NCBI GenBank assembly: GCA_038043025.1
Contig: JBBTCW010000041.1
Location: forward strand, 1-63,840
DNA length: 63,840 nucleotides
From: Pseudomonadota bacterium
GTDB taxonomy: Bacteria; Pseudomonadota; Gammaproteobacteria; UBA12402
Direction of reading: 5' to 3'
The position numbers were made by a program, and so were the translations under genes. Under the pieces are notes generated by a model, which worked only from the letters and a program-made list of their open reading frames with translations, did no database searches and was not told the DNA's origin. Within the stretch, counting starts at the first letter, position 1; every line of letters begins with the position of its first letter. Shown piece by piece: positions 1 to 9,654 of the stretch.

Positions 1-93
1 CATTATACAGACAAGGCTTCATTTGTTTTAGCTTTTTCTATATCGGGATTTGGGAGCTATTGACATCACCGAAGAGCCCAGTAACATGCGCAA

Positions 94-1599
94 ATGCGTT
101 CATTGTTTTACAGAACATTATTTATCATAATGGCGACGATAACTTTAACCGCCTGCGTTGCAAGCGGCTCAGGCACTGGATTGGGCGATCCAAATCAGAA
201 GATAAATTATCAATTTTCACGCAATATCTTTAGCTTCCTGGGTAACAGCTTTGATCTGCCTAATGAAACACCCGAAAATCCAGCTGTGCTAAAACAAATC
301 AACTGGTTCGTCAGTCACCCAGCCTACCTAAAGCGCATGGCCGAACAATCCAGACCATATCTGTATTACATTTTACAACAAGTCAATCGCCGGGGATTGC
401 CGACAGAATTGGTACTATTGCCCATCATCGAGAGCGCTTACAATCCATTTGCTTATTCTTCTGTCGGCGCGGCTGGGTTATGGCAAATGATGCCAGGCAC
501 CGCATCGGGCTTTGGACTTAAAGTGGATTGGTGGTACGATGGCCGACGAGATATTATTGCCTCAACGAATTCCGCCTTAAATTATTTATCCTATTTAGGT
601 AATTATTTTAATGGCAACTGGATGCTCGCCATTGCTGCTTATGACACAGGGGAGGGGCGCGTCAACTCAGCCATTCAACGTAATTTGAAAGCCGGGCAAC
701 CAACTGATTATTTCCATTTACCTTTACCCGCCGACACAAAAACCTACGTGCCGAAACTATTGGCACTGGCTACCATCATCAAACATCCTGATGAATATCC
801 GATTGATTGGCCAAACATTCCAAACGCGCCTTATCTGTCTGTTGTTAACGTTGGCTCACAAATCGATTTATCGCGCGCAGCAAAGATGTCCGAACTTTCG
901 TTACAAACATTATCCAAACTCAATCCAGGATTTAATCGTTGGGCCACTGACCCGGATGGTCCCTATACCATCGTGTTGCCCATTGATAAAGCGGCGCGTT
1001 TTCAAGAAGCCTTAAATAATTTAGAACCCAATCAACGCGTCACCTGGATACGTTATACCGTCAAAAATGGCGACACGTTAAGCGTCATTGCTTACAAAAA
1101 CAAAACGGCTGTGGATCTCGTCAAAAAAGTTAATCGCATTAGAGATAATAATATTCACACCGGCCAAGTGTTATTAATTCCGTTATCCACGAGCAAACTG
1201 ACCAATATTGTTTTTCAATCCGAAAAACGCTATTTTAAAGCGTCGCACTCATTGCCTGAAATACACCTCACCACACATCTCATTCAATCCAGTGATACGC
1301 TATCAAAAATTGCAAAAAAATATCACGTTAAAGAATCAGAAATTCGATTTTGGAACGGACTCCGAGCCAAACAAGCACTCACCGTTGGAAAACAATTAAT
1401 TCTCTGGCCGCATCGGCACAAAACTGTCACGCGACATTCCCGCCGTGGTTCAAATCGAATTACCTATCGCGTTAAATCCGGCGACACGTTATCCAACATC
1501 GCTTATAGATATAAGGTTAAAGCATCGAGCATCAAACACTGGAATCAATTAAGTTCTGACGTGGTTAAAGCCAATCAAGTGCTGGTGATGTATCGGTAA
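94..1599 (+). CDS. mltD: Membrane-bound lytic murein transglycosylase D-like lipoprotein (SLT domain + three LysM repeats)
   Basis: 501-aa ORF with a signal peptide ending in lipobox-like LTAC. SLT motif ESAYNPFAYSSVGAAGLWQMMPGTA. Three LysM-type repeats (YTVKNGDTLSVIA, HLIQSSDTLSKIA, YRVKSGDTLSNIA). Confidence 0.85.
   Translation: MRSLFYRTLFIIMATITLTACVASGSGTGLGDPNQKINYQFSRNIFSFLGNSFDLPNETPENPAVLKQINWFVSHPAYLKRMAEQSRPYLYYILQQVNRRGLPTELVLLPIIESAYNPFAYSSVGAAGLWQMMPGTASGFGLKVDWWYDGRRDIIASTNSALNYLSYLGNYFNGNWMLAIAAYDTGEGRVNSAIQRNLKAGQPTDYFHLPLPADTKTYVPKLLALATIIKHPDEYPIDWPNIPNAPYLSVVNVGSQIDLSRAAKMSELSLQTLSKLNPGFNRWATDPDGPYTIVLPIDKAARFQEALNNLEPNQRVTWIRYTVKNGDTLSVIAYKNKTAVDLVKKVNRIRDNNIHTGQVLLIPLSTSKLTNIVFQSEKRYFKASHSLPEIHLTTHLIQSSDTLSKIAKKYHVKESEIRFWNGLRAKQALTVGKQLILWPHRHKTVTRHSRRGSNRITYRVKSGDTLSNIAYRYKVKASSIKHWNQLSSDVVKANQVLVMYR
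1576..1592. repeat. Left copy of perfect 17-bp direct repeat CAAGTGCTGGTGATGTA (inside the mltD 3' end)
   Basis: Read directly; identical 17-mer recurs at 3017-3033, a period of 1,441 bp. Confidence 0.9.
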
Positions 1600-1600
1600 G

Positions 1601-2947
1601 TCACAACTTCATTCGCCTCTCTTTCACCAAAGGATACCGTGCAGCCAAGTAAAGCGGATATTGATGCAGTTTATTTTTTTCATCAATCAATAAATTATTT
1701 GCACTGATGATTGTGCGATAGGCCGCATTGTATTTTTCAGCAAATTTATTTAAACTTTTATTTTTGGTCACCCACCCCGATTTCACTTCAATCGGCAATA
1801 TGTCACCGTTATGCTCAAGCATAAACTCCAACTCAGCACGACTTTCCTGCCAACTAAAGAGTCGTGATCTCCCTTGATAGGTGAGCTCTTGTGCCACAAA
1901 ATTTTCAGCAAAATATCCTTTGTATGTTCCAAAATCATAATCCAAAATGGTTTTTGGCGGCAACCCACTCATAGCACCCAGCATACCAATATCAAACATA
2001 TATAATTTAAAGACATTTTCTTTCGTATAAGCAGAGAATGGCAATTGTCCTGTATTGCATATTGGCACCTTAAGAACCAAACCGACGGCATGCAGCCAGT
2101 CAATAGGGCCTGCGAGCTGTGTATAACGCTCAACGCCCGGTACAACTTCGCGAAATTTAAATTTAAGCGCTGAACCATCTTGTGCTGACATCATCTGATG
2201 TGGAACAGCTTTCCAGACGCGATCAATATGCATCGCATTCACTTTGCCAGAATGTTTTGCCATATCCGCATTATACATTAACCCAAGCGCTTCTTGTTTT
2301 TCCCTCACTTTCGTCAGCGCCACATAATGATCAGTTTGATATTTAACAAAGATCGTTATAACTTCTGGCAACCCCCCGACCACAAAATAATATTTTAATT
2401 GCGTCCACAAATGATGATGAACAAGATCAGATATTTTTGTCTCTCGTGTAACAGATTGTAAATATTCAACGCTTCGATGATCGCCGACCGCTTCCAAAAA
2501 TTCTTCGAAGGACATCGGATGCATCTCAAGCATGTCAACTTTTCCGACCGGAAAAGAAACGGGACCCAAATATACACCGAGCAATGAACCCGCACTGCAT
2601 ATCGCTAATTCTGGCAAATCCTCACAAAAATATTTTAGACTCGTTAATGCTTTTGCGCAGGCTTGAATTTCATCAAAAATAACTAAATCCCGGTGAATAT
2701 CAATATCCGTATTTAAGTAAAATCCAAGTTCTCGAATCAATCGCTGAGGATCGAGATCTTGTTCAAATGCCGAGGCATAATGGGCATCTTTTTCGAAATT
2801 GACATAATGTACTTTCGAAAAATACATTTTTCCAAACGCTAACAGTGTAAAAGTCTTCCCAGACTGCCTAACGCCCTTTAATATCAAAGGTTTACGATCA
2901 GGTTTCTCTTTCCACTCAACTAATTGTTGCTCAATCACTCGCCTCAT
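1601..2947 (-). CDS. AAA+ ATPase of the DUF4143-type family (lone cassette)
   Basis: Walker A GVRQSGKT near the N-terminus; Walker B-like LVIFDEIQ. Start placed at ATG 2945-2947 (MRRVIEQQL...). The ORF-track extension to 3019 begins with a TTG inside the right direct repeat. Confidence 0.7.
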   Translation of the reverse strand: MRRVIEQQLVEWKEKPDRKPLILKGVRQSGKTFTLLAFGKMYFSKVHYVNFEKDAHYASAFEQDLDPQRLIRELGFYLNTDIDIHRDLVIFDEIQACAKALTSLKYFCEDLPELAICSAGSLLGVYLGPVSFPVGKVDMLEMHPMSFEEFLEAVGDHRSVEYLQSVTRETKISDLVHHHLWTQLKYYFVVGGLPEVITIFVKYQTDHYVALTKVREKQEALGLMYNADMAKHSGKVNAMHIDRVWKAVPHQMMSAQDGSALKFKFREVVPGVERYTQLAGPIDWLHAVGLVLKVPICNTGQLPFSAYTKENVFKLYMFDIGMLGAMSGLPPKTILDYDFGTYKGYFAENFVAQELTYQGRSRLFSWQESRAELEFMLEHNGDILPIEVKSGWVTKNKSLNKFAEKYNAAYRTIISANNLLIDEKNKLHQYPLYLAARYPLVKERRMKL

Positions 2948-3016
2948 CTTGCAATTATTGTATAAATTTACATTTTTTGCAAGTACAAACCGTAAAAATA
3001 TACAGTTTATACAGGC

Positions 3017-3033
3017 CAAGTGCTGGTGATGTA
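3017..3033. repeat. Right copy of the 17-bp direct repeat
   Basis: CAAGTGCTGGTGATGTA followed by A, so it reads CAA GTG CTG GTG ATG TAA (QVLVM*) in the mltD frame sense. Confidence 0.9.
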
Positions 3034-3091
3034 ATTGTATTGCACCCAGACCTCGTCTAAACTCACACCATAATTAGGGAGAACTAAAACG

Positions 3092-3388
3092 ATGCGCAAC
3101 ATACTAATATATCTCATCGAAATATTATTCAATATTGGGCTTGTACTTAACGTCATCATTTTGATGCCACAAGCCTATAAGATCTACCGCTTTAAAGACG
3201 CAAAAAGCGTTTCTTTGATTAGCTTTGTGGGGATTAACTTTATTCAACTCATGACTGCCTTGCACGGCATCATACAAAAAGACTGGGCGCTTACTCTCGG
3301 TATGGCTGCGAGTCTGATCATTTCCACTATCGTCACCGTGGGTATTTTACTGTATGGGGACAAGGCATTCAAAGCCCGCGTTTTGTAA
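3092..3388 (+). CDS. Small 3-TM PQ-loop / SemiSWEET-like membrane protein
   Basis: 98 aa with three hydrophobic segments. PQ-loop-like motif LMPQAYKIYRFKDAKSVSLISF after TM1. Confidence 0.5.
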   Translation: MRNILIYLIEILFNIGLVLNVIILMPQAYKIYRFKDAKSVSLISFVGINFIQLMTALHGIIQKDWALTLGMAASLIISTIVTVGILLYGDKAFKARVL

Positions 3389-3450
3389 TAGACAACATGT
3401 AAGAATGTGGCATAATCCCCATGGGATTGATCAAATATTGAGGGAGCACT

Positions 3451-4734
3451 ATGAATCAAAGCATATCGCCTGATCAACTTAAACTGATGGCTGCCATGGT
3501 ATCGGAAATTATGGGCACGCCGGTTAGCCTTGACCATTCACCGGTGGATTTTTTGAGAATGGTGAAAGATTATTTAGGCATTTTGATTCTTGAATCTCCT
3601 GGACATCTTTACTGGAAAGATAAAGATGGCAAATACTTGGGCTGCAACGCAAATATGGCCAAGTCTATTGGTTTGAAATCTCCAAAAGAAATCGTCGGGC
3701 TAACAGATCTTGATTTGGCAAAAAAATTGGATTGGCCGATAGAAATGGGAGAGCGGTTTCAACGACAAGACCAAGAAATAATAAATCATGGTAAAGCGCA
3801 ACTAGATGTGGAGGATGAAAATGTCAAAAACATTACGGGGAAAAAACAAACTTTATTAGCCAGTAAAATCCCGTTAAAAAATAACAAAGGCGACATCATC
3901 GGCGTCATGGGAATCTCAATCGATATTACCGAGCGCAAACAAATGGAAAAACAAATCCGTGAGCATGCGGTTGAAACCGCGCGACTCGAAGAAAATGTCC
4001 GTACCATGCGCATCTTTGCCGGCGGCATTGCGCATGAGTTGCGAACACCACTCGCCTCGATGGTCAATGCGGCTTCTGGCATTGTTAAATTCATGCCGCG
4101 CTTGGTCGAGAGTTATAATATGGCAAAAGAAGCGAATCTCGATGTGCCGCTCATCCGCAAGGAACATTTAGAAATTCTTAAAGACACCGCCGAACATATT
4201 GTGCAGGGCGGCGAATATTCGCAAACCGTCATCACCGCGATGCTGGTTACCGCACAAACTGCTGCAATCGATACTGCAAAATTTAAAAACTTATTCATGA
4301 TCGCCACCATTCAGACTGCACTCACCACATTTTATTATCCCAATCCCGATGACAAAGCGCTCGTGCATTTTATCGCTGAAAACGATTTTCAATTCTGGGG
4401 TGATGAGACTTATATGATGGATGTCATTTATAATCTCGTTAAAAATGCCCTCTTTTTTATTCATCAAGCACAAAAAGGTGAAATCACGATTTGGATTGAA
4501 AATCAAAAAGATAAAAACATCGTCTATGTCAAAGACACCAGCGTCGGCATTCCGAAAGAAAATCTCCCCCGTCTTTTTGAAGGATATTTTACAACGCGTG
4601 AAGCGGGTACCGGTGTTGGATTGCCGCTCGTTCGACGCCTCATGCAATCGTTTAACGGCGATATTACCTGCGAGTCCGTGGAAGGAGAATATACGATGTT
4701 TATGCTGACTTTTCCGATTGTCGCAACCGAATAG
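3451..4734 (+). CDS. Cytoplasmic PAS-domain sensor histidine kinase (no cognate response regulator in window)
   Basis: H-box IAHELRTPLAS; G-boxes/ATP lid (TREAGTGVGLPLVRRLM); PAS-like N-terminal region (LYWKDKDGKYLGCNANMAKSIG). No TM segment. SD GAGGGAG upstream of the ATG. Confidence 0.8.
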   Translation: MNQSISPDQLKLMAAMVSEIMGTPVSLDHSPVDFLRMVKDYLGILILESPGHLYWKDKDGKYLGCNANMAKSIGLKSPKEIVGLTDLDLAKKLDWPIEMGERFQRQDQEIINHGKAQLDVEDENVKNITGKKQTLLASKIPLKNNKGDIIGVMGISIDITERKQMEKQIREHAVETARLEENVRTMRIFAGGIAHELRTPLASMVNAASGIVKFMPRLVESYNMAKEANLDVPLIRKEHLEILKDTAEHIVQGGEYSQTVITAMLVTAQTAAIDTAKFKNLFMIATIQTALTTFYYPNPDDKALVHFIAENDFQFWGDETYMMDVIYNLVKNALFFIHQAQKGEITIWIENQKDKNIVYVKDTSVGIPKENLPRLFEGYFTTREAGTGVGLPLVRRLMQSFNGDITCESVEGEYTMFMLTFPIVATE

Positions 4735-7700
4735 CGCATAGGTTGAACTGAGCGAAGCTCAACCTACCGCACTGATCAATATGGGATGATATTGATGAGA
4801 GTGTCGATAATCTAAAAAAATCCTTCAGCGATACGGACACCTGCCAAGTCGATTGAATCAACGAAATAACTTGTAAAGCAGACAGTGAATGTCCGCCTAG
4901 CTCAAAAAAATCGCTCTGTTGTCCGATTTGTTTTACGCCTAATACTTTTGACCAATGTTCTGCTAATTGTTTCTCAGTGTTGGTTCGAGGCAATGCTTGT
5001 TCTGGCCGATCGATATCCGCCGGTAAAGGCAACGCTTTTTTGTTGAGCTTTCCGTTCGATAATAATGGCAGATCATCCAAAACAACAAAATAACTGGGCA
5101 TCATATAATCCGGTAATTGCTCTTTTAAAAAGCGTCGAAGCAGAGCAAAATCAAATGAGGTTTTTGTTTCTAACACTAAATAGGCGATCAAGCTGAGACC
5201 ATTTTCTCCGACATCGCGCACCAAAACAACCGCCTGCCTGATCGTAGAAAAACCTAACAATGCCGATTCCACTTCACCGCACTCAACCCGATACCCACGA
5301 ATTTTAACCTGATCATCGATGCGCCCGATAAATTCTAAATTACCATCGGGTAACCAGCGTACTAAATCTCCTGTTTTATATAATCGCCCTTCGCCAAACG
5401 GATTGGGAATAAATTTTTCTGCCGTTAAATCCGAACGATTCAAATAGCCGCGCGCCAAGCTGATGCCACCGATATAGAGTTCGCCTATAATAGCAGACGG
5501 CAATAATCGGCAGTTTGAGCCAAGCACATAGAGCGCCATATTAGCAACGGGCTTGCCAATACTGGTTTTTTCATTAACCCTATTTGTCGGATAAAAAAAT
5601 GAGGTGGTATTAATAGTTGCTTCAGTCGGCCCATATAAATTATATAGCCGACAAGTTTTAAAAGATCGATGAAATAAATCAACGAGGTTAGCTGTCAATA
5701 CCTCACCGCCTGAAAAAATTCTTTGCAATGAAACAAATGCAGAAACCTCAACATCAGTTAATAACTTTAATAATAATGATGGAACAAGTTGCAGTGTGGT
5801 AATTTTATGCTTTTTGATCAATTTAATAAGGCGATCGTTAGACTCAAAAATATTCTGCGCAGCAATCACTAACTTAAATCCAAACACAATAGGAAGAAAC
5901 AATTCCCAAATAGAGGCGTCAAAAATATACGAGGTTTTTTGCAATAAAACGTCCCGTGTATGAAAATTAAATTCATCAAATAGCCAGCATAATTGATTGC
6001 ACAATGATTGATGCTCAATCATCACCCCCTTCGGCTCTCCCGTCGACCCCGATGTATAAATCACATACACTAAATGATGTGGCTCTGTGATGTGAATAGG
6101 ATTTTGTATTGATTCTTTATCGAATAAATTCCAGCAGGATAAATCGATCCGTTCAACGGGGAACGTCAGTGTTACATCTTTCGTCAGCATACACACACAA
6201 TTTTTTGCCATAAAATCAATCCGTTTTTGCGGATGATCGGGGTCCATCGGCAAATAAGCACCGCCTGCTTTCAAAATTCCTAAAATCCCAATGATCATCT
6301 CAAACGAACGATGCAAACAAATTCCTACGAGCCTATCCGGTTCGACTCCTCGTCTTCGCAAATAATGCGCTAATTGATTCGCTTTTTCATTCAGCTCTCG
6401 ATAGGTCAGCTGTTTATCCTCAAATATCACCGCAACATGATTCGGCGTCTTCTCAACTTGCTCCTCAAATAATTGGTGAATCGTTTTATCCTTTGGATAT
6501 GGCGCTGCGGTATCATTAAATTCAACCAACAGTTGGTGCTTTTCTTTTTCTGTCAAAAGATTTAACCGATCAATCGACTCGGTCGGGTTTTTTAAAATAG
6601 AATCAATCAATTGTCGATAATGTCCCATCATGCGCTGAATAAAATCATCGTCAAACAAATCGGTGCGATATTCCACACGACCGATGATACCCTCTTTCCG
6701 CTCGTCTAATTCAAACGTCAAATCGTATTTCGTCGTACCCGTATGCACTTCTAGCTGACTTAACGGCCAATTGACTTCTTCGACTTTCGGCTCCAACACA
6801 AATGAAACGCTAAACGGCAGTTTCGTGCGCTTGATCGTCTTTAAAACTTCTGTAAATGGTACAGCTTGATGCACATAACAACGCTTTAACTGCGCCCAGG
6901 TGTGCTGCAATAACGCTTGAAAGTTCGGATGATTGGATAAATCTGATCGAATCATGAGGGTATTGAGAAAATTTCCAAAAATTGGCGCGTCCCGGCAAGA
7001 CACCACCGTTCCAACCGCAAAATCCGTTTGATTGCTGTAGCGATATAAAAGAACTTGAAATACAGTAAATAAAAATGCAAATAAGGTGACGCCTTCCTGC
7101 TTGCTGTACGCTTTAACTCTCTCCGTCATCTCGTTAGGTAATTTTAAACACTGTCGCTTGCCTATAAAATTCATCTCGGTTTGTGATTTCGGTGAAATAT
7201 GTAGTGCGGGCACCTCTCTCAATTGTTCTTGCCAAAATTGTAAATCAGTTTCTTTGATGGTTTGATGTTTTAACCAAACCGCATAATCGACATAACGATA
7301 CGGTAATTCTGATATCGGTTGCTGGTGATACAGATCAAATAAATCTTTAACCAATAAATTCATCGTCTCGCCGTCCATGACGAGATGATGAAAGGTCATA
7401 AACAATCGATAATGTTTTTCGGCGATTTTAACCAGCAAAAAGCGATAGAATGGATCACTTTCTAAATCAAATGGCTTTTTCGCCTCCTTTGTCGCTAGTT
7501 CAATCGCTTTGCGCAATCTCTCATCCGGCGGCAATCCATCGAGATCAATAAAGGACAAAGAAAACGGCCTATCCTCTTGTATCATTTGCTGGTTGTTCTT
7601 GATGCATATCCTAAAAATCGCATGGCGCTCGATGAGTAACTGAAGCGCACCTTCCAAACACACAGCAGAAATTGCTTCATTAAACCGGATATTCGCGGTT

Positions 7701-9550
7701 TCATTAAACAAGGGGACATCGCCGGCCACTTGCTGATGCAACCCAATCTGCTCTTGATAGGGCGACAAGGGGAAAACGCTTTGTGTGGAAATCGGAATAG
7801 CCTGTTTTTTATATTGCGGTGCGCTTTGAATATATTTCCATAACTGTTGGAATGTCTCATGCTCAAAAATATCCGCAGGCGATAAATCTACTCCCCATGT
7901 CGCTCGAATTCGAGTCTGCAACACTGGCACCAATAACGAATGGCCGCCTAAAGAAAAAAACGATATATGGGGTGTCACTTCTGTTTCTGCAATGTCTAAT
8001 AATTCACACCAAATATGTTTTAAGGGATTTTTTGATGTCACAGCGGCAGGGGATTTCAATAGCGCTAACAGCTTTTGCCGATCGATCTTGTGATTGATGG
8101 TCACTGGCAGCGTTTTTAGCGTTATCCAGCGCGAAGGAATCATGTAATCCGGTAATTGTTGTTTTAATTGTGTGCGTATGACTTCGATAGAAACCGTTTT
8201 GGGTGCAACATAGGCAATGAGTCGATGTTGATGATACAAAACAGCGGCCTGCTTGATGCCTGTTATGGATTGAATGGCATGCTCCACTTCTTCCAGCTCC
8301 ACTCTAAACCCGCGCACCTTGACTTGATTATCTTTGCGACCCACAAAATCCAGTTCACCCTTTGGCAATAACCGCACTAAATCGCCGGTTTTATACACGC
8401 GACCTAAACCAAATGGATTGGAGATAAATTTTTCTGCGGTTAATTCGGGACGATTCAAATAACCGCGTGCGACACCGGCACCGCCAATATATAACTCGCC
8501 GATTTTGCCTTCGGCAACTAATTCTCCAGATTCACTCACCACATAAGTGGTTACATTTTTTATGGGATAGCCTATCGTCGGTTTACCGATATATGCTTGG
8601 CATTCTTTCATGGTCGCACAAATAGCTATTTCTGTCGGACCATAACCATTTAAAAAACGACGACCGGGAGCCCATTGGTTCACTAATGCTTCTGAGCAAG
8701 GTTCGCCGGCGGAAATAATAACGCTCAAATCTGGTAAATCTTGCTTGGGTAACATCGATAAAAATGAAGGAAACGCGGTTATATGTGTAATATGGTATTT
8801 TTGTAAAACATCGGCATTAGCTAATTGCACATTTTGATGCACGAGTACAATAGTGCCTCCTGTACTCAACGTACTGAAAAGCTCAGAAATAAAAGCATCA
8901 AATCCAAAAGAAGCAAAGAGCAAAACGCGGCTGTCTTTTTTTAAAGAAAAAAGAAGCGCTTGGTTCATAATCGTATTTACAATTGCGCGATGCTCAATCA
9001 TCACCCCTTTTGGCTGTCCCGTCGATCCCGATGTATAAATCACGTATGCCAAATGATGGGGTTCAGCAATCGGTATTGGATTTTCAGCAGATTCAAATGC
9101 AAAAAAATTGCTATCATCCAAAAAAATCGTTCTACCCGAAAAATCACATAAATCTCGTGTGGTTAAAAGTATGCGGCATTGACTATCCTGTAACATATAA
9201 TCCATGCGCTTTTTGGGATACACGGGGTCAATGGGCATATATGCCCCGCCCGCTTTCAACACAGCTAAAATTGCGATGATCATCTCACACGAACGGTGCA
9301 AACAAATTCCCATTAATTGATCGGGCACAACTTCTTGTTTTCGCAGATAATGTGCTAGTTGGTTCGCTTTTGAATTGAGTTCTCGATAAGTCATATGTTG
9401 CTCTTCAAAAATAAGCGCAACATGATCCGGTGTTTTTTTTACTTGTTCTTCAAATAACGCATGCAACGTCAACGCCGATGCAGTTTTTGCCTCCTGGCTA
9501 CCCACATCAGCTGGCGAAACATGGTTATGACAAAATGGTTCCATGCTCAT
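4700..9550 (-). CDS. Bimodular non-ribosomal peptide synthetase, A-T-C-A-T, no terminal TE/R/C release domain
   Basis: A1 motifs: LTYRELN-like, YTSGSTGQPKG (~9004-9044), GELYIGGAGVARGY, YKTGD. T1: FFSLGGHSL (Ser codon 7937-7939). C: HHLVMDG (7370-7390). A2 motifs: YTSGSTGEPKG (~6024-6062), NLYGPTE, GELYIGGISLARGY, YKTGD, NGKLNKK. T2: FFELGGHSL (4886-4897). Confidence 0.9.
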   Translation of the reverse strand: MSMEPFCHNHVSPADVGSQEAKTASALTLHALFEEQVKKTPDHVALIFEEQHMTYRELNSKANQLAHYLRKQEVVPDQLMGICLHRSCEMIIAILAVLKAGGAYMPIDPVYPKKRMDYMLQDSQCRILLTTRDLCDFSGRTIFLDDSNFFAFESAENPIPIAEPHHLAYVIYTSGSTGQPKGVMIEHRAIVNTIMNQALLFSLKKDSRVLLFASFGFDAFISELFSTLSTGGTIVLVHQNVQLANADVLQKYHITHITAFPSFLSMLPKQDLPDLSVIISAGEPCSEALVNQWAPGRRFLNGYGPTEIAICATMKECQAYIGKPTIGYPIKNVTTYVVSESGELVAEGKIGELYIGGAGVARGYLNRPELTAEKFISNPFGLGRVYKTGDLVRLLPKGELDFVGRKDNQVKVRGFRVELEEVEHAIQSITGIKQAAVLYHQHRLIAYVAPKTVSIEVIRTQLKQQLPDYMIPSRWITLKTLPVTINHKIDRQKLLALLKSPAAVTSKNPLKHIWCELLDIAETEVTPHISFFSLGGHSLLVPVLQTRIRATWGVDLSPADIFEHETFQQLWKYIQSAPQYKKQAIPISTQSVFPLSPYQEQIGLHQQVAGDVPLFNETANIRFNEAISAVCLEGALQLLIERHAIFRICIKNNQQMIQEDRPFSLSFIDLDGLPPDERLRKAIELATKEAKKPFDLESDPFYRFLLVKIAEKHYRLFMTFHHLVMDGETMNLLVKDLFDLYHQQPISELPYRYVDYAVWLKHQTIKETDLQFWQEQLREVPALHISPKSQTEMNFIGKRQCLKLPNEMTERVKAYSKQEGVTLFAFLFTVFQVLLYRYSNQTDFAVGTVVSCRDAPIFGNFLNTLMIRSDLSNHPNFQALLQHTWAQLKRCYVHQAVPFTEVLKTIKRTKLPFSVSFVLEPKVEEVNWPLSQLEVHTGTTKYDLTFELDERKEGIIGRVEYRTDLFDDDFIQRMMGHYRQLIDSILKNPTESIDRLNLLTEKEKHQLLVEFNDTAAPYPKDKTIHQLFEEQVEKTPNHVAVIFEDKQLTYRELNEKANQLAHYLRRRGVEPDRLVGICLHRSFEMIIGILGILKAGGAYLPMDPDHPQKRIDFMAKNCVCMLTKDVTLTFPVERIDLSCWNLFDKESIQNPIHITEPHHLVYVIYTSGSTGEPKGVMIEHQSLCNQLCWLFDEFNFHTRDVLLQKTSYIFDASIWELFLPIVFGFKLVIAAQNIFESNDRLIKLIKKHKITTLQLVPSLLLKLLTDVEVSAFVSLQRIFSGGEVLTANLVDLFHRSFKTCRLYNLYGPTEATINTTSFFYPTNRVNEKTSIGKPVANMALYVLGSNCRLLPSAIIGELYIGGISLARGYLNRSDLTAEKFIPNPFGEGRLYKTGDLVRWLPDGNLEFIGRIDDQVKIRGYRVECGEVESALLGFSTIRQAVVLVRDVGENGLSLIAYLVLETKTSFDFALLRRFLKEQLPDYMMPSYFVVLDDLPLLSNGKLNKKALPLPADIDRPEQALPRTNTEKQLAEHWSKVLGVKQIGQQSDFFELGGHSLSALQVISLIQSTWQVSVSLKDFFRLSTLSSISSHIDQCGRLSFAQFNLCAIRLRQSEKSA
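4739..4766. repeat. REP-type hairpin (family E: TAGGTTGA-N12-TCAACCTA)
   Basis: 8-bp inverted repeat at 4739-4746 / 4759-4766. Related copy (GTTGGGC...GCCCAAC) at 16372-16399. Lies inside the NRPS 3' tail. Confidence 0.7.
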
Positions 9551-9654
9551 TTTTCATACCAAAGAATTTCATTGCTTAATTTAACGCATATCACACAGAA
9601 TATCATCTTGAATTTTACATCAAAATGATTTAACGCATAAAAAATATCTTTTTT

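Noticed and set aside
791-1015. Dozens of 60-150-aa ORFs nested in or antisense to large genes (for example 791-1015, 3786-4094, 4291-4647, 7582-7866, 11113-11481, 15563-16009, 17862-18188, 24382-24624, 34879-35280, 46136-46552, 51325-51672, 54367-54711, 61181-61531, 63154-63513)
   Set aside because: They overlap confidently identified conserved genes, have low-complexity or odd composition, and show no motifs or SD. This is typical shadow-ORF noise.
4700-9550. Predicting the NRPS amino-acid substrates from Stachelhaus codes
   Set aside because: Only the first pocket positions can be read reliably without an alignment (D-A-..-S for A1 and D-A-..-W for A2). Assigning full 10-residue codes by eye would be guesswork.
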